Part shown: piece by piece, positions 45,158 to 57,584 of the stretch
How the letters are laid out: every line of letters begins with the position of its first letter
Position numbering within the stretch: position 1 is the first letter of the stretch
Assembly (NCBI GenBank): GCA_963778155.1
Contig: CAVZTK010000021.1
Span: 1,366,369-1,430,368, forward strand
Direction: 5' to 3'
Origin: an uncultured Chloroflexia bacterium
GTDB taxonomy: Bacteria > Chloroflexota > Limnocylindria > Limnocylindrales > CSP1-4
Length of the DNA: 64,000 nt
Made by a program: the position numbers and the translations under genes
The notes under the pieces: generated by a model
What the model was told of the DNA's origin: nothing
The model's database searches: none
The model's input: the letters and a program-made list of their open reading frames with translations, nothing else

Positions 45158-45882
45158 CCGACGCCGAGCGCCGTGCAGCGCTCGAGGCCATCGCCGCGGA
45201 GGTCCGGGTCTGCACGAACTGCCGGCTACACGCGACGCGGACCCGCGCCGTCCCGGGCGAGGGCGATCCCGAGACCGAGGTCGTGTTCGTCGGCGAGGGC
45301 CCGGGCTTCAACGAGGACCGACAGGGCCGGCCGTTCGTCGGTCGGGCAGGCGACCTGCTGGTCAAGCTCCTCGCGCACATCGGCTGGCGTCGCGAGGACG
45401 TGTTCATCACGAACGTCGTGAAGTGCCGGCCGCCCGACAATCGCGACCCGCAGCCCGACGAGATCGCGGCCTGCGCGCCGTACCTGCGCCGCCAGCTCGA
45501 GGTGCTCGACCCGGCGGTCGTCGTCACCCTCGGTCGGTACTCGATGGCGACGTTCATGCCGGGGGCGCGCATCTCGCAGGCGCACGGCACCGTCCGTCCG
45601 GTCGATCCGGCAACTGGCGCCGCGGACGCGCTCGTGTTCGCGATGTACCACCCGGCCGCCGCCCTCCGGACGCCTGCCATCGAGCGCGACAGCTACGCCG
45701 ACATCGCCGCGGTCCCGGCCGCCCTGCTCGACGCCCGCCGACGCCGGGAGTCCGCCCAGGCGATACCAGTCATCGAACCCGAAACCGCCGACCCGGCCCC
45801 GAGACCGAGACCGAACCCGAGCTGGCGCTCGATGCCGTCCTCGTCGACCGATGAGCCGGCCCCCCAATTGACCCTCTTCTGA
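45154..45882 (+). CDS. Family-4 uracil-DNA glycosylase (4Fe-4S)
   Basis: CTNCRL, GEGPG, PFVGRAG, NVVKCRPPDNR, YHPAAALR. Confidence 0.94.
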   Translation: MTDAERRAALEAIAAEVRVCTNCRLHATRTRAVPGEGDPETEVVFVGEGPGFNEDRQGRPFVGRAGDLLVKLLAHIGWRREDVFITNVVKCRPPDNRDPQPDEIAACAPYLRRQLEVLDPAVVVTLGRYSMATFMPGARISQAHGTVRPVDPATGAADALVFAMYHPAAALRTPAIERDSYADIAAVPAALLDARRRRESAQAIPVIEPETADPAPRPRPNPSWRSMPSSSTDEPAPQLTLF

Positions 45883-45900
45883 CCCATGCCAAGGACACCG

Positions 45901-47576
45901 ATGCCCCAGACCAACGACCAGCCGCTCCGCATCATCCCGCTCGGCGGGGTGGGGGAGATCGGCAAGAACATGTACGTCTTCGAGTACGGCGACGAGATCG
46001 TCGTCATCGACTGCGGCCTCATGTTCCCCGACGAGGAGATGTTCGGCATCGACCTCGTCATCCCCGACATCACCTACCTCAAGGAGCGCCGCGCGAACGT
46101 CAAGGCGTTCCTCATCACCCACGCCCACGAGGACCACGTCGGCGCGCCTGCCGTACGTCCTGCCCGAGTTCCCCGGCGTGCCGGTCTACGCGTCCACCCT
46201 GGCGCGTGGCCTGCTCGGCAACAAGATCAAGGAGCACAAGCTCCACAACAACCCGCTGATCGCGCTCGAACCGGGCGACGAGATCGACATCGGGGCATTC
46301 CACGTGATGCCCTTCCGGGTCGGCCACTCGATCCCCGACGCGATGGGCATCGCGCTGCGCACGCCGGTCGGCACGATCGTCCACACCGGCGACTTCAAGT
46401 TCGACCACACCCCGGTCGACGGCAAGCTGTCCGACTTCGCGATCCTCGCCCGGCTCGGCCAGGAGGGCGTCCTCTGCCTGCTGTCCGACTCGACCCGCGC
46501 CGAGAACCCGGGCTACACGCCCTCCGAGCGCACCGTCGGCGAGGCCTTCCGCGAGATCATGGAGCCGCTCGAGGGCCGGGTCATCGTGGCCACCTTCGCG
46601 AGCAACATCGCGCGGGTCCAGCAGGTCCTCGATGCCGCTGCCGACATGCATCGCAGCGTGTCGGTCATCGGGCGCTCGATGGAGCAGAACTTCCGGATCG
46701 CGACCGACCTCGGCTACCTCACGTACGACGCGTCGACGATCGTGCCGAAGGACAAGATCCGCGACCATCCCGGACCCCCGCCTCGTCATCGCCACGACCG
46801 GCGCCCAGGGCGAGCCGATGGCCGGCCTGGCGCGGATGGCCAACCGCGACCACCGCTTCGTCGAGATCCAGCCCGGCGACACGGTCATCGTCAGCGCCAG
46901 CCCGATCCCCGGCAACGAGGAATCGTCGTCCAGGACCATCGACAACCTGTTCAAGGCCGGCGCGAACGTGTACTACCACACGATCAAGCGCGCGCACGTC
47001 TCAGGCCATGCCAGCCAGGAAGAGCTCAAGCTGATGCTCGGCCTGACCAAGCCCAAGCACTTCATCCCGATGCACGGCGAGTTCCGGATGCAGGTCCAGC
47101 ACGGCAAGCCTCGCGATCGAGACCGGCGTGGCGCCGGAGAACGTGTTCATCATCGAGAACGGCACGCCGATCGAGTTCTCCGCCGACGGCAGCGCGCGCC
47201 GCGCGGCCCCCGTGTCCGCCGGCTACGTCTACGTCGACGGGCTGTCGGTCGGCGACGTCGGCGACATCGTCCTGCGCGACCGGCGGGCGCTCGCCAACGA
47301 CGGCATGTTCATGATCGTCGTCACGGTCGACAAGCAGACCGGCTCGCGTCGTCGGCCGGCCCGAGATCATCACCCGCGGCTTCGTCCACCTCAACGAGCA
47401 GGACCCGATCATGAAGGAGGCGCTCGAGCGGGTCATCGAGTCGATCGACACGCCGGGCGACCACATCAGCGAGATCGCGCTGCTCAAGACGCCAGATCAA
47501 GGACGGCGTCTCGCGCTTCCTGTACGAGCAGACGAAGCGCCGGCCGATGGTCTTCCCGGTCGTGGTCGAGGTCTGA
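45901..47576 (+). CDS. rnj: Ribonuclease J (several indels)
   Basis: [42 protein letters not shown]. Confidence 0.95.
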
Positions 47577-47577
47577 G

Positions 47578-49973
47578 ATGGCGACCCGTCGACGACGCCG
47601 GCACGCAAGGCGGCCCGCGCGTCGCGTCCCGGGCTGCAACGCTGCCGAGCACGTGGAGCTCGCGACGTCGCGCCGGAGGTCGTTCGCTCGATCATCGGGA
47701 TCGTCGCTGCTGGTGCTCGGCGCGGTGACGCTGATCGCCCTCGTCCTGCCCGGCCAGGGCGCGCTGACGGACTGGTGGCGCGACGTCGATCGCGCCGTGG
47801 TTCGGGAGCCGGGCGCTGGCTGCTGCCGTTCGTCCTCCTGCTGGCCGGCTGGTACGCTCGAGTGGGGCCCGGGAAGGCGGCCGGCGTCGGGCTGGGGGAT
47901 GCACGCCTGCTCGGGCATCGTCGATCGCCTACGTCGGGATCGTCGGCTGCGGTCGAGGTTCTCGGGCGGCCGCGATCGGGCGGCCGGATCGGCGCGCGCT
48001 CGCGAACACGTCCTCGACCGCCTGTTCGACCGACGCCGGGCGCCTTCGTGATGCTCATCGCGCTCGCGATCGTCGGGGTCCTGATCGGCTTCGACATGCC
48101 TCTCCGACAGCTGCACGCGACCGTCGTCGGGACGGCTCGCTGGGCCGGCGGCCGACGGCGCGCCGCGCGCTCGTGCGCCGCGACGCCGGCGCGACGGACG
48201 CGGACGAGGCCGACGCCGGCGGCGTCGCGGCGAGCGAGCCGACGGCACGGTCGCCAGCGCAAGGCCAAGCCAGGTCGCCGCGGTCGGGCGCCGTCGCCCG
48301 GCCAGACCGGCGCTGTGGGGCGACGACGACGCCTCGATCCCGGCCGCCGTCCCGAGCAAGGGCCAGACCTCGAACACGTTCGCCCCGTCGCGCGGCGCCG
48401 ACCGCCGCGGCCTCGGCCACGCTGCGTCGGCGCCGGCCGCGCCCCGTCCGCGACCCGTACGACGTCACCGACGCCGGCGATTCGCCGCCGACCAAGGACC
48501 GCATCGAGTACGTCCTGCCGCCGATCTCGGCTGCTCGAGGACAGCGCGGCTCCGCTCAACGCCGGCGGCGACGAGGCGGTCCACGCCGCGCAACGAGGAG
48601 ATCATCGTCAAGAAGCTGGCCGGCTTCGACATCCCGGCCCGGATCGTCGGCCGCAACGCCGGGCCCGGTCGTGACCCAGTACGAGGTCAACCCGGCGCCC
48701 GACATCAAGGTCAGCCGGATCGAGGCGCTGTCCGACGACCTGGCGATGGCCCTGGCCGCCCGCTCGCTCCGGATCGAGGCCCCGATCGCCGGCAAGAGCG
48801 CGGTCGGCATCGAGGTGCCCAACAAGGACTTCAACGTCGGTCGCCGCTGCGGCGCGATCCTCGAGGAGGTCGACTTCACGGCCTCGGAATCGAAGCTGAC
48901 GTTCGCGCTCGGACGGGACGTGGCCGGGCGTCGCGCAAGGCGGTCGACCTGGCCAAGATGCCGCACCTGCTCATCGCCGGGGCGACCGGCTCGGGCAAGA
49001 GCGTGATGGTCAACGCGCTCATCACGAGCCTGCTCGTGCAAGGCGACCCCGGACGACGTCCGGATGATCCTGATGGACCTCAAGCGGGTCGAGCTCGCGG
49101 CCTACAACGGGCTGCCGCACCTGCTCGTGCCGGTCATCACCGAGCCGGAGCGGGCCAAGGCCGCGCTCAAGTGGGCGGTCAACGAGATGGAGGCGCGCTA
49201 CCGGCGGCTGGCCGGCGCCGACGGCCCGCAACATCCGCTCGTTCAACGAGACCCGGACCGATCCCGAGGACCGGATGCCGTACATCGTGATCATCATCGA
49301 CGAGCTGGCCGACCTGATGATGCGCGAGGGCAAGAACGTCGAGGACCCGATCGTCCGGCTCGCCCAGAAGGCGCGCGCGACCGGGCATCCACATGGTCCT
49401 CGCCACGCAGCGGCCGTCGGTCAACGTCGTGACCGGCCTGATCAAGGCCAACTTCCCGAGCCGGATCGCGTTCGCGATGGCCTCGCAGATCGACTCGCCG
49501 CACGATCCTCGACGCGCCCGGCGCCGAGGACCTGATCGGCCGCGGCGACATGCTCTACCAGCCGTCGGACCTGCCGCGCCCGATGCGTCTCCAGGGCGTG
49601 TTCGTGTCCGACGGCGAGATCGGCCGTGTCGTCGACCACTGGAAGGGGCAGATCGACGACCCGCACTACGACATGCGAGATCATCGAGACCGCCGACGAG
49701 GGCACGGGTTCCGCCGACGACCTGTCCGACGAGGACGCCGACCGATTGCTGCCCGATGCCATCGACGTCATCCGGGAGTACGATCGTGCTTCAGCGTCGC
49801 TCCTCCAGCGACGTCTCAAGGTCGGCTATGCGCGGGCCGCCCGGATGATCGACCAGCTGGAGGCGCGCGGCTACATCGGGGCGTTCGACGGCTCGAACGC
49901 CCGACAGGTGCTCCGCCGGGACGAGGGCGCTGGAGCAGGCGAGCTTGACGACGGGCTCGACGGGGATGACTGA
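47578..49973 (+). CDS. ftsK: DNA translocase FtsK/SpoIIIE (heavily frameshifted)
   Basis: N-terminal TMs, [41 protein letters not shown], gamma domain [15 protein letters not shown]. Confidence 0.93.
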
Positions 49974-51350
49974 TGACGACGCGCGAGCAGCTCAAGCGGG
50001 CCGTGGGGGCGGATCGGTCCGACGCCGGGCGCGGCGTCGCCGCTGAGCCCACAGCCAGCCTTCCCGAGCGCCTGCTACGCCGCTCGAGAGCGCAAGGGCG
50101 TCGACCTCTACCGGGCCGAGCGCGACACGAAGATCCGGGCGCGCTATCTCGGCGCCCTCGAGCGTGGCGACTACAAGGAGCTGCCGGGCGCCGTCTACAC
50201 CAAGGGGTTCCTGCGCAACTACGCGCTCTACCTCGGGCTCGATCCGGACGAGGTCCTGCTGCAGTGGCGGCGCGAGCGCGGCGAGGTCAAGCGAAGCCGC
50301 GCCGGCGATCGTGGCACCCAAGCCGATCGCGGTGCCGCGCAAGGGTCTGACGTTCTCACCGAGCCTCATCGTCGTCGCCCTGCTGACGGTCGGTCATCCT
50401 CGCCTTCGGTGCCTACCTGGCGATCCAGGTGCTCCGCTTCACCAAGCCGCCGACCGTGTCGGTCACGCAACCCTCCGTCGCCGTCATCGACGTCGACGAC
50501 ACGACGACGACATACACGCTCGAGGGGACGTCGCTCCCGGGCGCCACGGTCTCGATCGCCACACCGGGCCGCGACCCGCTGCTGGTGACCGCCGGCTCGA
50601 CCGGGGCGTGGGCGGCCGACGTCGATCTCCGTCGCGGGCGCAACCAGTTCGACGTGAGTGCCCGGGACCCGGACACGGGCAAGACGTCGGAGGAGACCAT
50701 CCACCTGTTCATCACCGTGCCGTTCCTCGTCATCGAGGCGCCGACGCTGACGGTCGACCAGCCGGCCGAGGGCGCGTCGTTCGAGAACGGGGCGATCCCG
50801 GTCGGCGGGCACGCGACGAACGCCAAGTCGGTCGTCGTCAGCGCCACGTACGTCGGGCCCGCTCGGGGCCGCCTCCCGGGGCAGGCGGCGCGACCCCGGC
50901 ACCGCCCCCGACGCCACCGTCGGTCACGGTCGCCGGTCGCCGATGACGGCTCCTACAGCACGCCGTACGAGCTGACCGCCGGGCACTGGACGATCACGGT
51001 CACAGCGTCGAGCGCCCGAGGGCAAGACCGTCTCGCTGACACGCAACGTCACGGTCGCCTACAAGGGCGTCACCCTGGTCGTCACGATCAAGGGTGGCAG
51101 CCGGGCGTGGGTCAAGGTCTGGGTCGATGGCAAGATCGACCAGGGAGTCGGTGCCGCGGGGCAGGTCCTGTCGAACGGCAAGACGCTGACCTTCACGGGG
51201 CGGAGCTCGATCGAGGTCCGGACCGGGTCGTCCGGCGTGACGTCCTTCACGCTGAACGGCACCTCCCTCGGCGCGCTCGGGAAGTCGGGCGTGCCCGAGA
51301 CGTGGCTGTTCGCGCCGCCGAACCCACCGCAAAAGACGCAGCGGCGCTGA
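49973..51350 (+). CDS. RodZ-like protein (HTH, TM, Ig-like repeats, DUF4115-like C-terminus); indels
   Basis: AERDTKIRARYLGALERGDY, YTKGFLRNYALYLGLD; C-terminal AWVKVWVDG...IEVRTG; follows ftsK. Confidence 0.85.
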
Positions 51351-51402
51351 GGCGTGGCGGACGATCGGTCGGCAGAGCCGGTGGGCGCGGTCGAGACAGC
51401 CG

Positions 51403-51903
51403 ATGCACGATGACGTCGACGACCTGGTGGCGAGGGCCGCGCGCCTCGGCGAGCGTTGTCTCGCACTCGACCGCCGGGTCGCCACGGTCGAGTCGTGCAC
51501 GGGTGGCCTGGTCGCGCACCTGATCACCGAGATCCCGGGGTCGAGCAACTGGTTCGTCGGCGGCTTCGTGACGTACTCGAACGCGCTCAAGTCCGATGCC
51601 GTCGGCGTCCCGGCCGAGGTGCTCGCGTCGCACGGCGCGGTCTCCGCCCAGGTCGCGATGGCGATGGCGACCGGCGGCCGCGAGCGAACAGGCGCGGACC
51701 TCGCGGTCGCGGTGACCGGCATCGCCGGACCCGATGGCGGTACGCCGTCCAAGCCGGTCGGGCTGACCTACGTCGCGGTCGCAGACGCGGTCGGGGTCGC
51801 CGTCAAGCGCCACGTCTGGAGCGGCGACCGGAGCGCCAACAAGCGACGCAGCGCGGGCGCGGCACTGTCGCTCCTGCTCGAGCGGGTCGAGGCGTCGGCG
51901 TGA
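51403..51903 (+). CDS. CinA/PncC NMN deamidase domain protein
   Basis: VESCTGG, PGSS, VTYSN, HGAVS, VTGIAGPDGG, KPVG. Confidence 0.93.
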   Translation: MHDDVDDLVARAARLGERCLALDRRVATVESCTGGLVAHLITEIPGSSNWFVGGFVTYSNALKSDAVGVPAEVLASHGAVSAQVAMAMATGGRERTGADLAVAVTGIAGPDGGTPSKPVGLTYVAVADAVGVAVKRHVWSGDRSANKRRSAGAALSLLLERVEASA

Positions 51904-53459
51904 CCTCTGCCGCGGACCGGGTCGGGGCCGGCCTCGCGGCGTCGCGGATCGCCCGGCCGATCCGCCCCCTCGAACGGATCCACGTGGTCGGCGCCGCGGG
52001 TGCCGGGGCGAGCGCGGCGGCCCTGCTCGGCATGCGGGCGGGTGCAGTCGTCTCGGGCTGTGACCCGGCCGCCCCATCGCCCTACACGCCGGCGCTCGAG
52101 GCCCTCGGTATCGCGGTCGCGCCGCAGCACGACCCCGCCCACGTCACGCAGGCGCCGCATCCGGACCGCCTCGCCGTCACCAAGGCGCTGACCGCGATCG
52201 ACCCCGACCATCCGGAGCTGCACGCGGCCCGGGCCGCCGGGATCCCGGTCGAGCCCTGGCAGCAGGTCGTCGCGGACGCGGCGGTCGGCCGGACGCTGGT
52301 CGGCGTGGCCGGGACCCACGGCAAGAGCACGACCACCGGCTGGCTCATCCACGTCCTGATCGCGATCGGAGCGGACCCGTCGGGCTTCGTCGGGGCGCTG
52401 ATGCCGGAGGCGATCACCGGTGGCCCGCCCGCCACGGCACGGTGGGGAAGTGGCGACGCGTTCGTGGTGGAGGCCGACGAGTACGCCGGCAACTTCGATG
52501 CCTACCACCCGAGCCTGGCAGTGCTGACCAGCGCCGAGTGGGACCACCCGGACGTCTTCGCGGACGGAGCGGCCGTGGTCGCCGCCTTCGAGGCGTGGAT
52601 CCGGCGGATGCCCGTCGGCGCGACGCTGGTCGCCAATGTCGCGGAGCCGGGGGTCGAAAGCGTCCTCGACCGCCTCGTGGACTGGCCCGGGACGATCCTC
52701 GCCTACGCCCTCGTCGACCAGGCCCCGCAACGGCTCGGGAGCTACGCGCGTGCGATCGGCGAGCGGTTCGCGACCGCGCTCGGTCCCGCGACGGCGCTCC
52801 TCGGCCGGATCACCGGCAGCGATCCGGCGTCCACCACGCTCGAGCTCCACGGCCTCGACCCCCTGGCCGGGCCTGTCACGACGCGGCTGTCGACTGCCGG
52901 CCGCCACAACGCGGCCAACGCCCTCGCGGTGGCCGGCGCCGCCACCGTGCTGGGCGTGGCGCCGGACGCCGTGGGCGCCGGTCTCGCCAGCTTCGTAGGC
53001 ATCGGCCGGCGCCTCGAGCGCAAGGGCGAGGTCGCCGGTGTCGTGGTCTACGACGACTACGGCCATCACCCGACGGCGATCCGCGAGACGCTCGCGGCGG
53101 TCCGCCAGCGCGAGCCGGGCCGGCCGGTCTGGGCGGTCTACGAGCCCCTGACCTTCCATCGCACGGCAGCCATGCTCGGCGCCTTCGCAGACGCCCTGTC
53201 GGCAGCGGACGGCGTGGCCATCGCCGACATCTGGGCCGGCCGCGATCCGGACACGACGGTCGCCTCCGCTGGCGGGCTGGCGTCCGCCGTGGCCGCGCGC
53301 CGGCCGGGCCTGACGGTCCTCGCGCCGGGATCGGTCGAGGCCACCGCGGATCGCCTCGCCGAGACCGTCCGGTCGGGCGACGTCGTGCTGGTCATGGGCG
53401 GCGGCGCGAGCTACCGCATCGGGGACCGGCTGCTGGAACGACTGGAGGCACGCGGATGA
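51900..53459 (+). CDS. MurC/Mpl-family Mur ligase
   Basis: VAGTHGKSTTT, VEADE, DHPD, GRHNAAN, GRRLE, DDYGHHPT. Confidence 0.88.
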   Translation: MTSAADRVGAGLAASRIARPIRPLERIHVVGAAGAGASAAALLGMRAGAVVSGCDPAAPSPYTPALEALGIAVAPQHDPAHVTQAPHPDRLAVTKALTAIDPDHPELHAARAAGIPVEPWQQVVADAAVGRTLVGVAGTHGKSTTTGWLIHVLIAIGADPSGFVGALMPEAITGGPPATARWGSGDAFVVEADEYAGNFDAYHPSLAVLTSAEWDHPDVFADGAAVVAAFEAWIRRMPVGATLVANVAEPGVESVLDRLVDWPGTILAYALVDQAPQRLGSYARAIGERFATALGPATALLGRITGSDPASTTLELHGLDPLAGPVTTRLSTAGRHNAANALAVAGAATVLGVAPDAVGAGLASFVGIGRRLERKGEVAGVVVYDDYGHHPTAIRETLAAVRQREPGRPVWAVYEPLTFHRTAAMLGAFADALSAADGVAIADIWAGRDPDTTVASAGGLASAVAARRPGLTVLAPGSVEATADRLAETVRSGDVVLVMGGGASYRIGDRLLERLEARG

Positions 53460-53837
53460 TCGACTACGCCGCAGCGGGCGAGCTGCTCGAGCGCTACGGC
53501 ACGGCCCGGCGGACCTTCGACGGGTGACGACTGGGTGGCGCTCTTCAGCGACGATGCCGAGTACCATGTGGACCCGTTCGCCGCACCACTCGTGGGTCAC
53601 AACGCCCTGCGAGCGTGGTTGAATGAGGCGGCCGAGGCGCAACGGGACGTCGAGTTCACCGTCGAACGGCACTGGGTGTCGGGCTCGACGGTCCTCGCGG
53701 CGTGGCATGCGTCCTGGGTCGGCAAGGCCGATGGCGTGCGATCGCGGTCCGCCGGGTTCCTGACCGCGGAGATCGCGCCCGACGGCAGGATCGCCCGCTA
53801 CCGCGAGTGGTCGGTGAAGGCGCCGGCGGCGGGCTGA
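53456..53837 (+). CDS. SnoaL/NTF2-like protein (indel near 53523)
   Basis: ALFSDDAEYHVDPF, DGRIARYREW. Confidence 0.8.
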
Positions 53838-53856
53838 TGGGAGGAGAGGAGGAGCG

Positions 53857-54349
53857 GTGGCTGGAGATCAGTCGTTCGACGTCGTCAGCGACTTCGACGA
53901 GCAGGAGCTGCGGAACGCGCTCGACCAGGTCCGTCGTGAGGTCGGCACCCGGTTCGACTTCAAGGGCGTGACCGTCGACCTGACGCAGGCCAAGGACGAG
54001 ATCATCCTCGTCACCGACGACGAGTACCGCGCCGCCGCGGTCAAGGACCTGATCGAGTCGAAGGCGATCCGCCGCAGCCTGTCGCTCAAGATCTTCGACT
54101 GGGGAAAGGTGGAGGAGGCCGGCGGCAACAAGGTCCGCCAGCGGATCGGCGCTCCGTCGCGGACTGTCGGACGAGGTCGCCAAGAAGATCACCAAGCTGA
54201 TCCGGGACGAGTTCCCGAAGGTCAAGTCACAGATCCAGGGTGACGCGGTCCGCGTCTCGGGCAAGAGCCGGGACGACCTCCAGCGCGTCATCGCCCGCCT
54301 GCGCGAGCTCGACCTGGCGGTCCCGCTCCAGTTCGAGAACTACCGCTGA
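53857..54349 (+). CDS. yajQ: YajQ family nucleotide-binding protein (indel near 54150)
   Basis: [38 protein letters not shown]. Confidence 0.94.
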
Positions 54350-54394
54350 CCATCCCCATCCGGGGCCATCATCGATCGAAGGAGCGCAGTCGCC

Positions 54395-56354
54395 ATGACC
54401 GAGCTCGACACCACACCCGCGCCAGACGACGTGCCGAGCGAGGAACCGATCGCGACGCCGGAGCCGTCGCCAGAACCGATCATCGAGCCCACCGACGCGA
54501 CCGGGGCCGATACCGAGCCCGTCGCCGAGGCAGCACACGGAGTCGATCGCGACCCGACGGAGACCACGGCGCCGAACGTGAGCCGTCGGCCGAGACGGCC
54601 CCGGAACCCGGGATGACGGACCCCGGAGCGGAGCCTCCGTGGTCGCCGAACCTGCGGCCGAGGCCCCCGCCGATGTGTCCGAGCCCATCGTCGACACCGG
54701 GCCGCGCACCGTCGGCCGCTACGTCGCCGACCAGCTTCGCGCAGCCGGCGTCCGCTATGCCTTCACCGTTCCGGGCGAGTCGTTCCTCGGGCTCCTCGAC
54801 GCGCTCGAGGGCGCCGGGATCCGCGTCATCACGACCCGCCACGAGGGTGCGGCCGCGTTCATGGCAGAGGCGCACGGACAGCTCACCGGACGGCCGGCCG
54901 CGTGCCTGGCGACCCGTGCGCCGGGTGGCACGAACCTCGGCATCGGGATCCACACGGCTCGCCAGGATTCGACGCCGATGTTCGTGCTGATCGGCCAGGT
55001 CAGTCGCGACGTCACGGGTTTCGAGGCGTTCCAGGAGATCGACCAGGTCGCCACGCTCGGCGGCCTTGCCAAGTGGTCCGCGGAGCCCCGCTCGGCGGAC
55101 GAGGTGGCCGAGGCGATGTCGGAGGCAAGCCGCCAGGCGCTCGGCGGACGGCCCGGTCCTGTCGTCCTGTCGCTGCCCGAGGACTTGCTCGACGAGACGA
55201 TGCCGGACGACGTCCGTGCCGACGCCGGGCGCGCCACCACACAGCGGCCGACCGACGAGGAGATCCGCGCAGTCATCGAGCTGTTGGCCTCGGCCGAACG
55301 ACCGGTCATCCTGGCTGGCTCCGGCGTTCTCCGCGCACGGACCTCGACCGAGCTGCTTCGCTTCGCCGAGCTGCTGCAGGTCCCGATCATCGCCGGCTGG
55401 CGGCGCCCGGACGTCGTCTCCAACGACAACCCGCTGTACCTGGGCATGGCCGGCCTCGGTGCCGCCAAGACCGTCGCGCAGCGGCTCACCACGGCCGACG
55501 CATTGCTGGTCATCGGGTCACGGCTCAGCGAGCCGACGACGTTCGGCTACACGATGCCGAGAGCCGGCCTGCCGTGGGCGCATGTCGACCTGGCGCCGGG
55601 CCAGTCGCCCGGCTCGCCGGCCCCGACCATCACGGTGGCCGCGGACGCCAAGGCGTTCCTCAAGGCTGCCAACGAACGTCTGCTCGGCCGGGCCGTGCTC
55701 GACGCGGGCCGGGTCGCGACACGCCAGGCCGGCAATCGCGACGACCGCGCCGCCTGGGAGGCCGCCTCGGTCGTCGATGCCTCGCCGTGGGAGGGGCCGG
55801 GCGTCCATCCCGGCCGGACCATCGCGACGCTGCGTCGCGTCCTTGCCGACGATGCCATCCTGACCACCGACGCCGGGAACTTCGCGAGCTGGGCCGGCCG
55901 CGGATTCCGCTTCCGTCGCCCCGGCACGTTCCTCGGTCCGACCTCGGGGGCGATGGGCTACGGCCTGCCTGCCGCCATCGCCGCGGCCCTCGTCCATCGC
56001 GATCGTCCGGTCGTCGCGCTCATCGGGGACGGCGGCATGGCGATGACGATGGCCGAGCTCGAGACGGCGGTCCGCACGGGGGCGCGGGTCGTCGCCATCG
56101 TGTTCGACAACGAGCGCTACGGGACGATCCGGATGTGGCAGGAGCGCCGCGGCACCGGGGTCGGCGTGGGGACCGAGCTCGGTCCGGTCGATTTCGCCGC
56201 GATCGCGCGCGCCTGCGGGGCTCGCGGGGCGCGTGTCGAGCGGGACGACGATTTCGAGCCCGCGCTACGTGCCGCGCTCGCCGCCGACCGGACGACGGTC
56301 ATCCAGCTGGCCCTCGACCGCGCCTGGCTGTCGATCGACGACCGGCCGGCGTGA
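54395..56354 (+). CDS. Thiamine-diphosphate-dependent enzyme (acetolactate synthase-like) with acidic N-terminal extension (indel near 54600)
   Basis: VPGESFL, RHEG, FQEID, SGAMGYG, GDGG...DN TPP-binding motif. Confidence 0.9.
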
Positions 56355-56692
56355 CGCGTCCGACCTTCCATCTCGTGCCGGCCGAGGTGTGGGCCGGGTC
56401 GGACCCATCGGTCGCGTACGAGGCGGTCGGCTATGCCCGGGAAGGGTTCATCCACTGCACCGATGGGGTCGAGGCGCTCGGCGCGACCTTCGACCGCCAC
56501 TACGGATCGGACCCCAGGCCGTTCCTAGCGCTGACGATCGACCTCGACGCGCTCGAGGCCCCGTGGCGTTTCGACGTCCCGGGCTCGCCATACCCGCACA
56601 TCTACGGGCCCGTCGCGCGTCGGGCGATCACGGCGGTCCAACATGTCGATCGTGGACCCGACGGCCGGTTCGTGGGGCTCGCGCCCTCCTGA
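56351..56692 (+). CDS. DUF952 family protein
   Basis: EGFIHCT and YPHIYGP motifs. Confidence 0.88.
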   Translation: MTRPTFHLVPAEVWAGSDPSVAYEAVGYAREGFIHCTDGVEALGATFDRHYGSDPRPFLALTIDLDALEAPWRFDVPGSPYPHIYGPVARRAITAVQHVDRGPDGRFVGLAPS

Positions 56693-56717
56693 GCCGTCCT
56701 GCGCGGCCCTGAGCCGT

Positions 56718-57569
56718 TCAGGCGAGCTTGCCGCCGACCACCGAGAAGGACAACGGGATCCGTCCGCGATCCGCGGGGCGGACGTCGGCGTGGCCGCCCC
56801 ACCAGTCGATCGGATGCTCGGCCACGGCGTCGAGCCGTAGCCCGGCGCCGAGCAACGCGGTGATGACCTCGCCGAGCGTCCAGGCGCGGGCGAACTTCCA
56901 GTGCTGGTCGTCCTCGGGGATCGACAGCCGGTCGATGTACTCGGGCGCCCAGCCTTTCGAGGCCTCGGCGCCCCCGAAGTAGTCGTAGTCGGTGGCGATC
57001 CAGCGGCCGTCCTCGTCGACGTCGAACAGCCACTCGGCCGGATGGCCCTCGAACAGCACGAACCGCCCGGTCGGGGAGAGGAGCCGGGCGATGACCGCGG
57101 CCCACGCGTCGAGGTCCTGCAGCCAGATGAGCGAGCCGCGCCCGGTGTAGACGAGGTCGGCCGTGTCATCGAGCTCGGCCGGGACGTCGAGGACGTCGGA
57201 CAGGATCCAGCGCGCGGGTGCACCGGTCGCCTCCGTGAGCCGCTGCGCGAGATCGAGCATCCGCGGGCTGAAGTCGATGCCGACGACCTCGTCGGCGCCC
57301 TGGTTCCAGAGCGACAACGTGTCGCGGCCGGCCGCGCATTGCAGATGGACCGCGCGTCGGCAGCGGCCGCGGAGGTCGCCGATCAGCTGGGTCTCGACGC
57401 CGAACAGGTTGGTCCCGCCCGACCGGATCAGGGCCACCGCCTCGTCGAACCAGCCTTCGTACCGCTCGGCCGCCTCGTCCCAGGCCGCCCGGTTGGCGGC
57501 GTGCATCGAGGCGACGTCTGCGAGCTCATCCGGGGTCGCCGGCCGGACCAGCTCGCCATCACCCGCCAT
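56718..57569 (-). CDS. Class I SAM-dependent methyltransferase
   Basis: HLQCAAGRDTLS, GIDFS, DLVYTGRGSLIWL, FEGHP. Confidence 0.88.
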   Translation of the reverse strand: MAGDGELVRPATPDELADVASMHAANRAAWDEAAERYEGWFDEAVALIRSGGTNLFGVETQLIGDLRGRCRRAVHLQCAAGRDTLSLWNQGADEVVGIDFSPRMLDLAQRLTEATGAPARWILSDVLDVPAELDDTADLVYTGRGSLIWLQDLDAWAAVIARLLSPTGRFVLFEGHPAEWLFDVDEDGRWIATDYDYFGGAEASKGWAPEYIDRLSIPEDDQHWKFARAWTLGEVITALLGAGLRLDAVAEHPIDWWGGHADVRPADRGRIPLSFSVVGGKLA

Positions 57570-57584
57570 CGGGTGAGCCTAGCG

